A DNA stretch of 53,375 bases, from positions 74,904,951-74,958,325 of the forward strand of contig NC_068982.1 of the NCBI RefSeq assembly GCF_001194135.2, in the 5' to 3' direction. Positions 25,118 through 36,560 of the stretch are shown in pieces (the stretch's first letter is position 1; the number at the start of each line of letters is the position of its first letter). The notes below the pieces were generated by a model. The model did no database searches. It saw only the letters and a list, made by a program, of their open reading frames with translations, and was not told where the DNA came from. Both the position numbers and the translations under genes were made by a program. Source of the stretch: Octopus bimaculoides (lineage: Eukaryota).

Positions 25118-26556
25118 CTAGCAGAAATACCCGGCGTTGCCCGGGTTAAAGAGAATAATGAAATCTAAAAACGCCGTCTAGACTACGCATCATCTTTATA
25201 TATAGAGATGTATATACACACACGCACCCAAACACACGTATATATATGTATATCAATATAAATATATGAAAGTCAATGAAGTTTCGTAAAAGAAGGTGAT
25301 CACGTACATACTTTCTTGCTGTTGTGATTATAACACCTCATTGTAAACTATGTTCCTTGTTTTCCCTTGTGGAGCATATACAAATAGGTTTTTTGTTNNN
25401 NNNNNNNNNNNNNNNNNNNNNNNNNNNNNNNNNNNNNNNNNNNNNNNNNNNNNNNNNNNNNNNNNNNNNNNNNNNNNNNNNNNNNNNNNNNNNNNNNNNN
25501 NNNNNNNNNNNNNNNNNNNNNNNNNNNNNNNNNNNNNNNNNNNNNNNNNNNNNNNNNNNNNNNNNNNNNNNNNNNNNNNNNNNNNNNNNNNNNNNNNNNN
25601 NNNNNNNNNNNNNNNNNNNNNNNNNNNNNNNNNNNNNNNNNNNNNNNNNNNNNNNNNNNNNNNNNNNNNNNNNNNNNNNNNNNNNNNNNNNNNNNNNNNN
25701 NNNNNNNNNNNNNNNNNNNNNNNNNNNNNNNNNNNNNNNNNNNNNNNNNNNNNNNNNNNNNNNNNNNNNNNNNNNNNNNNNNNNNNNNNNNNNNNNNNNN
25801 NNNNNNNNNNNNNNNNNNNNNNNNNNNNNNNNNNNNNNNNNNNNNNNNNNNNNNNNNNNNNNNNNNNNNNNNNNNNNNNNNNNNNNNNNNNNNNNNNNNN
25901 NNNNNNNNNNNNNNNNNNNNNNNNNNNNNNNNNNNNNNNNNNNNNNNNNNNNNNNNNNNNNNNNNNNNNNNNNNNNNNNNNNNNNNNNNNNNNNNNNNNN
26001 NNNNNNNNNNNNNNNNNNNNNNNNNNNNNNNNNNNNNNNNNNNNNNNNNNNNNNNNNNNNNNNNNNNNNNNNNNNNNNNNNNNNNNNNNNNNNNNNNNNN
26101 NNNNNNNNNNNNNNNNNNNNNNNNNNNNNNNNNNNNNNNNNNNNNNNNNNNNNNNNNNNNNNNNNNNNNNNNNNNNNNNNNNNNNNNNNNNNNNNNNNNN
26201 NNNNNNNNNNNNNNNNNNNNNNNNNNNNNNNNNNNNNNNNNNNNNNNNNNNNNNNNNNNNNNNNNNNNNNNNNNNNNNNNNNNNNNNNNNNNNNNNNNNN
26301 NNNNNNNNNNNNNNNNNNNNNNNNNNNNNNNNNNNNNNNNNNNNNNNNNNNNNNNNNNNNNNNNNNNNNNNNNNNNNNNNNNNNNNNNNNNACACGTAAT
26401 ACTTAAATAGTGGAGTAGATATTATGTTGCCGTGTGCTCGAACTCTGCAAGAAGTTAATAATTTTTTTTGACTAAAACACAACTGGAACCCTAAGTAAGG
26501 CATGTGTAAAATTTGAATGAAATTGGTTGCATAGTTCTCGAGTTTTAGGGATTCAC

Positions 26557-26591
<35 letters not shown>

Positions 26592-26617
26592 CACATTCTC
26601 ATTTTTATATATATAGA
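25118..26617 (-). mobile_element. Non-autonomous or composite Helitron spanning a gap
   Basis: 5' end A|TCTATATATATAAAAATG with (CTGT)n at 26617; RepHel helicase C-terminus KNLFVYAPQGKTRNIVYNEVL* at 25328-25397; 3' hairpin CCCGGGCAACGCCGGG (25130-25145) followed by CTAG|T at 25118; a second TC 5'-type end at 25208. Confidence 0.8.
25398..26391. other. Assembly gap (N run)
   Basis: N characters. Confidence 0.99.
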
Positions 26618-26842
26618 TAACTCATAAGCATTCATTCATTTTGTTGTGGCGCATTATGATATAGATCTTCCCCTGTTGTATTGGTAGCCCTGACAAAGTT
26701 GTGATACCATGTTTATAACCTCTCCATTTTTATAATGTTATGTGCTTTGTGTACTTATTATTAATGCCTTAGAATAAAATTTAGAGAAACAAGACACTCA
26801 GAAACTCAGTACAAATTTAACCTAAATGGCTGTCAAGAATTA

Positions 26843-27492
26843 GTGTTGCACTGGGATGGAAAGCTGCCCCCAGCACTTACTGATGCTGAAAAGGTTGATA
26901 GACTGGCAATGATAGTAACTTTACAAGGCAAGGAGCAATTGTTGGGAGTCCCTGAAATTCCATCATCTCCAGGAGAACAGCAAGCCATGGTTGTTTACCA
27001 AGCAGTGGAGAAGTGGGGTATAACCAACAAAATTCAGGCACTTTGCTGTGATACAACAGCAAGCAACACAGGTCAAGTGAATGGTGCCAGCACAAATCTA
27101 GAAAAGTTGTTCAATAACGACTTGCTTGCCATCATCACATTTTTTGAGTTAGTTTTTGGGAGCTGTTTTGATACACTCATGGGTGCAACTTCTGGTCCAG
27201 ACATGGTGTTTTTCAAAAGATTTAGAAAAACCTGGATAAAACTTAAGAAGGTTTACATAACTAGTAGCAATGAAGTGCCTGATGATGTCAGCTCTACCAC
27301 TCTTGGATTTCTTGAATACCATCTTTTTATGCAGAAACAACAGTGAAATGATTGCCAAGAATTGTGGGAGTTAACAATGATCTTTCTAGGCAACATTTCA
27401 AAGAACGGGATATCGTTTCGTACACCAGGAACTGTAAATCATGCTAGGTGGACGTCATAAGCAATTTATGCATTCAAGATATACCTGTTTCA
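26843..27492 (+). pseudogene. hAT-superfamily transposase fragment (HWDGK...CDTTASNTG...HARW type), truncated by an RTE
   Basis: LHWDGKL, EQLLGVP, QALCCDTTASNTG, a degenerate CxxH region and TSGPD; after a stop it continues ELTMIFLG...FRTPGTVNHARW..AIYAFKIYLF. Confidence 0.8.
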
Positions 27493-28225
27493 AGAAGCAT
27501 TGGATGTGGCATGCAAGAGAGATGTTTGCGTTGGTATGGTCATGTACTGCGGATGGACGAGGAGAGCTGTGTGAAGAAGTGCTACTCCCAAACAGTGGAA
27601 GGAATCCAGAGTAGAGGGAGACCCAGGACGACATGGGATGAGGTGGTGAAGCATGACCTTTGAACATTGGGCCTCACAGAGACAATGACAAAAGACCGAG
27701 ACCTCTGAAGGTATGCTGTGATTGAGAAGACCCAGTAAATAAAGTCAGTCCACAGCTGTAACCTACACCAGTGTCACATAACCAGTCCATTCAAAAGTAC
27801 TTTGAATCATAGGGTGACATGCCGTGCTTGAGGAGACCTATTGAGTCAAGTACATCAACATCAGCAATATCAAAATCAAATCAAATGGAAATTGTAGTTG
27901 TGAGCCCTGTGCCAGTAGCATGTAAAAAGCACTATCTGAACGTTGCCGATGCCAGTGCCACCTTGACTGGCTTCTATGCCGGTGGCACATAAAAAGCACC
28001 ATCCAATCATGGTCAATGCCAGCTCCTCTGGCCGTTTGTGCCAGTGGCACATAAAAAGCATCCACTACACTCTCGGAGTGATTGGTGTTAGGAAGGGCAT
28101 CCAGCTGTAGAAACACTGCCAGATCAGTGTGGGGCTTGGTGCAGCGTCCTGCCTTCCCAGACCCCAGTCGAACCGTCCAACCTATGCCAACATGGAAAAT
28201 GGACGTTAAACGATGATGATGATCT
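27490..28225 (+). mobile_element. 5'-truncated RTE-clade LINE (RT C-terminus plus long structured 3' UTR)
   Basis: LRWYGHVLRMDEESCVKK...RGRPRTTWDEVVKHDL; ends GGACGTTAAAC(GAT)n. Confidence 0.85.
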
Positions 28226-29127
28226 CTCACACACACACACACGCACAGAAGATTTTTCTCCTTGGCTTTGACATACAAGAGTCTTGCAGACTTGTATAGC
28301 TGTTAGACTATCTACACAGATGATTTGTTTTAAATGGTGAAAGTTTGTGTAGTACCATCCATACATATTGGAAATGCTGATAACAAAGTTGGTGCAAATG
28401 TTTGCCACAAACTCAATGAATATACCTCAGGCTTTTCTGTTAGAATTCTGCTGGATGAGCTACATTCACAACAGTTTACAGTCCAACCTATAATGGTAGG
28501 CTAAATACACACCTACATACCAAATCAGAAATTTCCAAGTCCCTACGCATGCACATATATATATCATCATCATTATTATTAAGTAACATCTATTTTCCAT
28601 GCTGGCATGGATTAGACGGCTTGACAGGAGCTGGTTAGGCAGAAGACTGCACCAAGCTTCTCTCTCTATCTCTCTCTGTATGTATATACACACACATCTA
28701 TATATATACACACATATATATCTTGTAATTGGATGGCCACTGACTCTTAAGGTCATCATCCCTTTGGCAGGTCTTATTCTTTATCCCACAGCCTGTTCAA
28801 AAGCCATCAAACTCACCATTATAGACTTTTCTATCATTAAACGAAAGATGATGTTTCCACAATTTCTCGATGTAAAAACCACACAGATGATTTGTTTATA
28901 GAGATCAAATATTTGTGCTCACATAAACTCACTCCCACCATGAAACTGACATTACCAGTACAGGTGCACAAATGTGCACACCTAAAATGTCAAAATGATT
29001 GCAGAGTAACATGAAATGAAGTGGTCTAATGAAGAACACAACACGCTATGCAATCTGGGAATTGAGCCTATGATCTAGCAACCACGAGTTCAACACCCTA
29101 ACCACCAAGCCACATGCCTTCACTACT

Positions 29128-29180
<53 letters not shown>

Positions 29181-29184
<4 letters not shown>

Positions 29185-30393
29185 GGTGTTCAGAAAGTAA
29201 TTGTGTTCTACCAGAAAGGATATCAAAACAAATATAAACTACATTTATCTGAATAGTTTTAATCAAAAATGTAATCACCATCATTTTCAACGACTGCAAC
29301 CCAATGGGAAAGTAACTTTTTTATGCCACGTTCAAACAAACCTATATCTTTTCCTGAAAAAATTCTGAAAGATTGTTTTCAATTTCTGTTTCTGAATGTT
29401 TTGCCTCTTATAGAATATTCTAGTGATCAGAACAGATAGAAATCTGTAGATGCTAAGTCAGGTGAGTGTGGCGGATGTGGAAGATCTTCCCATCCAAATG
29501 ACCTTATTTTTTCTTGGGTTTGTTCTGAAGAGTGTGGACATGCTAGAGAATAACACCTTTTCTGTTTACCAAAGCTAACCGCTTTTGGTGTAATTTTTCG
29601 TTTACATGATCAAGTTGTTGGCAATAGACATCTGCATTGATGGACTTTCCATGTTCCAGTAGCTTGTAATGGACGATACCTTTCATGTTCCACTAAACAC
29701 AGAGCAAAGATTTTTGTGGATGGAGTTCTGGTTTTGGTGTTTGCACTGACCTCTCATTACATGATAACCATTATCTTTTGAGTTTTCTGTTCTGATGCAA
29801 AGCCTAGAAATGACAGGTTGTTATTCCTGGTTAGACGACTTCTGCATAGGGTGGAACATTGTGTTCAGTTCTCAAGTGTAAGCACATGGAACCCAAATTC
29901 CCTCTTTGCATGTTTTCCCAATTTGCTTTGAGATGTTCGGAGATAGTTGAACATGACACATCAAATCTTTGCGCCAAATGTTTGGCACTTTGACATGAAA
30001 CTGATACAAAAAGCTCATTCAAAAGGTTGTCTTCCAGAGTGAGGCCAGTCAAATATGTCACAATCGCCATCTTTGACCCTCTTAAACCACTACTGACATG
30101 TAACAGCTTTCACTGCATCTGTATACACTTCACAAATATTTTTCGCTGCTTCCATAGCAGTACTTTTCTTTCAAAACTCATACAGCAAACAATCGTGAAT
30201 ATGTTGTTTCATATAGTTCTTATCTTCCATTGGGGTTAATTACTGAAATAACTATGAGTGACACACTGCTGGATAGCAGAGGTAATATACTATCTCTAGA
30301 CAGTTCCCACCTATTCAACTTTAGCTCTGGCATGATTGGTTGATTCATATTTCATAGTGGTGAAAAAAGGCAATTACATTTCAAACATCCAAA
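29181..30393 (-). mobile_element. Full-length decayed mariner element; transposase pseudogene at ~29259-30230
   Basis: Degenerate TIRs (17 of 23 nt match) flanked by TA. Motifs KGIVHYKLL, INADVYCQQL, HPPHSPDLASTDFYLF and VENDGDYIFD*; N-terminal HTH; several stops and frameshifts. Confidence 0.9.
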
Positions 30394-31454
30394 TATATAT
30401 ATATATATATATATGCGCACGTGTGTGTAATCACCATTTAACATCTGGTCTCCATGCCGGCAAGGAACAGCTTGAGGGATCTGATGAGCCAGAGGACTGC
30501 ATTGATCTCCAATATCTTCATTGGTTTCTCACACTAGTTTGTGTTGAGGCTAGTATTTTATGCTAATTTGTTCTTTTTACTATTAAACAAACTGGAAACT
30601 AATTAGTTTTGTTAATGAGATTGGAGCAGACAGTGTAAAATTGGTATCACTTTATGATACATGTTTGTTGCCATAGAATTAATCAAATAATTCCAAGAAC
30701 TCAGCCATTTGAGAAAGGTCAATGGACTGTCATTCAGCTTCAAGTGAACCTTGACTGAGCAGTCCTATGGTCAATGATGTTAAAGACACTACCATTCCAT
30801 CTGCTTTGGTTATAATGCATCCAGAACTGCATTCACTGGATACATAGGTCATCATCCTCATTCAATGTCCATGTTCCTTGCAGGAATGGGTTTGACAGTT
30901 TAACAGGATCTAACAGGCCCAATTGCAGTGTGCTCCAATGTCTGCTCTGGCATGGTTGGATGTCTTTCCTAATGCCAATCCACTTTACAGAGTGTGCTTT
31001 TTACATGACACCAGCACTACTGAGGTTGCCAAATAACTCACAATTGGAGTGTAATATTGAGAGAGGTATCTTTATGCCAGAGGAGGAGGAACAATGTTTT
31101 GCTAAAGAGGAGATACATTTGTTACCCCAGTTGGAAATAGAGAAAAGAGATGGTGGTGATGAGGTATCGCAGTGTACCTTCAAGGTACATGATGAGTATA
31201 TGAGAGAATAGAGACAGAGGATTAGGAGGAGTGAATGGGTAGGTAATCTTGACAGAGTATAGAAGGAGAGTTCTGAGTTCAAATTTTACTATTCATCCTT
31301 CAAGGGTCAATAAAAAAAATAATAAACGTACCAGACAAAATACTGGTGTCAAATCCTACATGATGCTACTGACAAAATTCAATGTTGTAAACAACCCAGA
31401 AAGTAAAACTTCCCTTTTGCAAAACTACTACAATATTGCTAATATTTAAGAAAA

Positions 31455-31666
31455 TGATCATGCCTGCTTTTCCAGTGCTTGCATGGGTCAGACAATTTGT
31501 TGATACAAATTTTCTGGAGCTAGATGCCCTTCCTTTCACAAACCTTCACCTGTTTCCAAACAATGTAATATTTTCCCATGGATGACTGGATAAATCTCTT
31601 GTATAATGATGACATTCATTTATAATCAACATTTGATGTCAAGGCAAGGGTTTACACAAACACATG

Positions 31667-31709
<43 letters not shown>

Positions 31710-31865
31710 GGGCTTCTTTCAGTTTCTGTCTACCAAATCCACTTACAAGACTTTAATAAACCCAGGACTATATTAGGAGACACTTGCTCAAGGTACCACA
31801 CAGTGGGACTGAACCTGAAAACACATGCTTAGGAAGCAAGCCTCTTAACTGTACAGCCACTTTAA
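31455..31865 (-). mobile_element. SINE family C copy
   Basis: Homology to 47846-48260. Confidence 0.7.
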
Positions 31866-32699
31866 TGTCTAAAGTAATTAGAATATATATTATTTCTAAT
31901 TCCTTTGTTTGTATTAGTCTTAGTATTTATTTCTATCAGGACAGAATTTCAATATTTCTAACAAGAGTGGGAAGGAATTATTAAAAAAAAGAGAGAATCT
32001 TTTAACATCTTTTGTGCAGGTCAACATTTAATTCAAAGATAAAAAAATCACTGACAGAAAATAGCTACTCTTAAAGGAACAACCATTATGTATAAGTTGA
32101 ACATCAGATTAAATAAGAAACAATTCACAGCTTAAAATGCTTCAGTAGAACATGGCATTTCTACTTTTGCAATTTGATGCAAGGTTATACAAACAATCTT
32201 CGCAAAATATGAAATTTAGATAGGGTGTACTTAATAAAATCAATACCAACAACAAAATAAACGAAGCAATGATTGATAATACTTCCACCCCTTTGCTGCT
32301 GCTGCTGCTGCTGCTGCCACCACCACCATAGCCTGATATTAAAAATGTTAGCATAGTAGTAGTACTACTACTAGTATTAGCCTAATCAGTAAAAATATCT
32401 TCATAATACATAGATAAATAGTCTTCATATTTATCTGATACAGCAGCAGTTGTTGCAAATGTGCTCGACATTAACAGTTAGAAACTAAAGACGTCTAAGA
32501 TTAATCAGAAAATCTGCCCTTTAACAAATCCTAACTCCTCAGTAAGTCACCAAGAAATTGATAGTGTTAGTTTTAGAAATTAGATCTCTCTCTCTCTCAC
32601 TTTCTCTTTGCATGAACAACAAGACTAACAAGCTTTATGCTACAAGGTAGGAGTTCTCAGATATTTTCTTCCACTGTACTGCTTCATGATGCCCAGCAA

Positions 32700-32965
32700 T
32701 GTTGGGACACCATGTATAACTAATGAAGAAGTGCTACAACTAGCAAATACAAAAAGATCGTTACTTTTAGCTATTAAAAAAATATAACTAAAGTACTTCT
32801 GGTCATGTAATAAGAGCACAAGATATACAAAGACTTATTAGAAAGGGAAAAAAGGCTTAGAAGAAACTAGTTTGATAACATAACATCAAGAACTGGACTA
32901 AAGTATCATATAGTGAATGCATAAAAATCTGCTGAGAGCAGATGACATCTAATGATGATGATGAA
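32700..32965 (+). mobile_element. Decayed RTE (BovB-like) 3' fragment
   Basis: ITNEEVLQLANTKRSLL...LKYF followed by a frameshifted GHV; (GAT)n tail. Confidence 0.6.
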
Positions 32966-33761
32966 GAGTAAAATGTGAAACGGATATCAGAATAGAATGA
33001 ATTATTTGTTATCTAATTTTAATTCAAAGAGTTTAAACTCTGTTATGGTCTAGTTTGCTTTCCATCCTTCCAGGTTCAAGAAGATAATATACCGGTGAAG
33101 TACTGGGGTCAATATAACTGACTATTCTCTCCCCTCAAACTTCTGGCTTTGTGTCTATGTAAGAACTTGATTGAATTAAATGTTATATTTTTATGAGATA
33201 ATTAGCTTGGATTTTGTTTTTAAAAAGGTAATTAACAGTTCTAATCACAGTTTCAGGCAAGCATATCTCCATATCATTCTCAATTAACAGTCTAGCATGA
33301 AATTTGTTTTTGGTTATAAACAATACTGTAAAACCTTGTACAAAACAATAATAAATGGAAGGGATGTAGTAAAAAAGATCTCCACAAGTTGTGTTTAGTT
33401 GGTTGTGATTACTTCAAAATACCAATGTTTTTTTACAAACTACACATACCTTCCAAGGTTTTCTCAAACTCTTAAAGGTATGCATATCCTGGTTTGAGAG
33501 CCTCTGTCATAATAACAGCAAGGTATAAGTAATAAAAATAGAAGGCAGGCAGTGATTGAAGGATAAGAATGAATTGAATGCAATTCATGGAATGTTGAAC
33601 ATATTGTAAAGGCACAAGAGCAGCTACAATTGCAGGTGTGGATATAGACAGAGAAGCTTGATTTGCAACCATGTAGGCTCAGGTTGTCAAGTGTTTTGTA
33701 CTATAGCTTTAGGTTGACCAAAGGCTTATGAGTGGATATGGTTGATGGAAACTGAAAAAGG

Positions 33762-33828
<67 letters not shown>

Positions 33829-33831
33829 GTA

Positions 33832-34835
33832 TCATTATCATCATTGTTGTTTAACGTCCGCTAGCATGCTAGCATGGGTTGGACGATTTGACTGAGGACT
33901 GGCAAGCCAGAAGGCTGCACCAGGCTCCAATCTGATCTGGCAGAGTTTCTACAGCTGGATGCCCTTCCTAATGCCAACCACTCCGAGAGTGTAGTGGGTG
34001 CTTTTACGTGCCACCGGCACGAGGGCCAGTCACACGGTACTGGCAACAGCCACGCTCAAAAAGGTGTTTTTACATGCCACCTGACCAAGACCTTTGGAAA
34101 TACGCTGTGCATGAGAAGACGCAGCAAGCCAAGTGAGACCTAAATAAGGGGCTAGCCCACTTATGCGTACCTTCCTTCATTGGACACTAAACTCCGCTTG
34201 CGAAGACCTGTTGAGGCAAGTGAAATCGGAATCGAAATCGAACTAAATTCAACGACTGGCACCCATGCCAACGTTGTCTATTCCATTGGACACGAAACTC
34301 AGCTTGTGAAGACATGTTGGGGCAAGTGAAAGCGAAATCGTGATGACACCTGTGCCCAGCGTCGCCTTCCTGGCACTTGTACCGGTGGCACATGTAAAGA
34401 CATTCGAGTGAGATCGTTGCCAGTGCCGGTGGACTGGCTCCTATGCAGGACACGAAACTCGGCTTGTGAAAACCTGTTGGGGCAAGCGAAAGCGAAATCG
34501 TGACGGCACCTGTGCCCAGCGTCGCCTTCCTGGCACTCGTGCCGGTGGCACGTCTAAAGACATTCGAGCGAGATCGTTGCCAGTGCCGCTGGACTGGCTC
34601 CTGTGCAGGTGGCACATAAAATACACCATTTTCAGCGTGGCCATTGCTAGTACCGCCTGACTGGTCTTAGCACCTACTACACTCTCAGAGTGGTTGGCGT
34701 TAGGAAGGGCATCCAGCTGTAGAAACTTTGCCAGATCAGATTGGAGCCTGGTGTAGCCATCTGATTCACCAGTCCTCAGTCAAATCGTCCAACCCATGCT
34801 AGCATGGAAAGCGGACGTTAAACGATGATGATGAT

Positions 34836-34836
<1 letters not shown>
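33832..34836. mobile_element. Head-to-head pair of RTE 3' ends with an internal 160-bp tandem duplication
   Basis: Minus-strand tail at 33832-34083 and plus-strand copy at 34084-34836; tandem units 34288-34447 and 34448-34607. Confidence 0.85.
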
Positions 34837-34867
<31 letters not shown>

Positions 34868-35118
34868 NNNNNNNNNNNNNNNNNNNNNNNNNNNNNNNNN
34901 NNNNNNNNNNNNNNNNNNNNNNNNNNNNNNNNNNNNNNNNNNNNNNNNNNNNNNNNNNNNNNNNNNNNNNNNNNNNNNNNNNNNNNNNNNNNNNNNNNNN
35001 NNNNNNNNNNNNNNNNNNNNNNNNNNNNNNNNNNNNNNNNNNNNNNNNNNNNNNNNNNNNNNNNNNNNNNNNNNNNNNNNNNNNNNNNNNNNNNNNNNNN
35101 NNNNNNNNNNNNNNNNNN
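34868..35118. other. Assembly gap (N run) between (TA)n tracts
   Basis: N characters. Confidence 0.99.
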
Positions 35119-35427
35119 ATATATACATATGTATATATAAGTCCTCTCACAAGGCTTTTGTTGGCCTGAGGCTACAGTAGAAGACACTTACATAACATAC
35201 CACACAGTGGAACTGAATACAGAACCATATGGTTGGGAAGCAAGCTTCTTACCTCACAACCATACCTGCATCTATAATTTAGATTATTTAAAACAAAGTT
35301 TATATCATAGATCCAGAGACAGTCTCCAGTGAGTTGGTTTTGAATAGGTTTAACAATAAAGACATCTGCAAGATATGAGCCTGTTTCTGAATAAAGAAAA
35401 TTAATCCACATTTACTATACTTAGAGG

Positions 35428-35772
35428 AAAGTGATAGCATGTTGTCAACTTAATGTAACAGTTGTATGAAAGAGAAGAATGCTACTGTTATTTAGCCCTA
35501 AGAAGCACCATTTCCTGTTGGAACTGACACATTTCCTGTGTCTTTATGTTTTCAAAGTGAAGCACCTCCACCCAGCAAAGCCAGCATCCAGAGCCTAGTT
35601 TCAGAGTCATTGCTCATCTAGTCTTTGGATGCTGGCTCTTCTGGGTGGAGGTGCTTATCTTCACTTTGAAAACATAAGGACACAGGAAATGGTGTATCCT
35701 AGGGCTAAATAATAGTAGCATTCTTCCCTTTCATGGGACTATCACATTAAGTTGACATCATACAATTACTTT
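35428..35772. repeat. Long foldback inverted repeat (MITE-like)
   Basis: Arms ~35428-35598 and ~35618-35772 with a 19-nt spacer; e.g. GAAGAATGCTAC/GTAGCATTCTTC and TGTCAACTTAATGT/ACATTAAGTTGACA. Confidence 0.9.
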
Positions 35773-36084
35773 ATTGTGCTCTACTGCATAAATCTGAGAG
35801 ATTTAGAAATGTATCATTTGTATTTTCAGGGAGAAGAAAGGTCAGATAAAACAACTAATAAAAACAACCAAAGACTCTGGCTTTTTGTACAGGAGTTAGT
35901 AGAGCACTGTAGTTGTGTAGAATGTGGATAATAGAGATAGTAAGGATTATCTTAAATGTCTCTTAGCAATTCAGATTGTGGAGGATGAACTAAATTAAAA
36001 TGATGTGAATAAGTATAAAACATACAAGACTAGAATAAATCTGAAATTAATCCTGGATTGAACAGATCAAAGTAATTGGGAGAT

Positions 36085-36560
36085 AATGATCATCATTATT
36101 TTAATGTCCATATTTCCATGTTTTCATAGGTCAGCTGGAATTTATTGAGGCCGATTTTCTATGGTCAGATGCCCTTCCTGTTGCCAACTGTCACTTGTTT
36201 TCAAGCAAGGTAAATATTTCCCCATGGCCAGACTTACTTGTGCAGAATACTGGAAATAATTATGATGATGATAATGATGAATGACACTGCTTATATGTCA
36301 GTGACACTCATTTACAATAAATCATACAATGTCAAGACAAAGAAACACAAACATACCATCTCATACATGTGTGTGTGCACATGTGCATGCATGTGCATGC
36401 ATGTGCAAGTAATGAGCTTCTTTCGGTTTTCATCAACCTAATCCATTTGCAAGGCTTCGGTTGGTCTTGGGCTATAATAGAAGAGATTTGTCCAAAATGC
36501 TATATAATGGGACTTAACCAGAAACCATATGGTTGAGAAGCAATCTTAATCACACAGCCA
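36085..36560 (-). mobile_element. SINE family C copy
   Basis: Homology to the other family C copies. Confidence 0.7.

Noticed and set aside
28817-28900. Strong ATG|GTGAGT donor on the minus strand
   Set aside because: No good acceptor or meaningful ORF upstream (at most MIEKSIM); such motifs are expected by chance.
34182-34230. CTGTTGAG...GAAA resembling a hammerhead core, and TAAACTCCGC resembling a twister ribozyme motif
   Set aside because: The hammerhead CUGAUGA core and flanking stems are not satisfied and vary among copies; the other twister elements are absent.
34182-34607. Regularly spaced repeats suggestive of a CRISPR-like array
   Set aside because: The 'spacers' are also homologous to each other; this is tandem duplication in a LINE 3' UTR in eukaryotic DNA.
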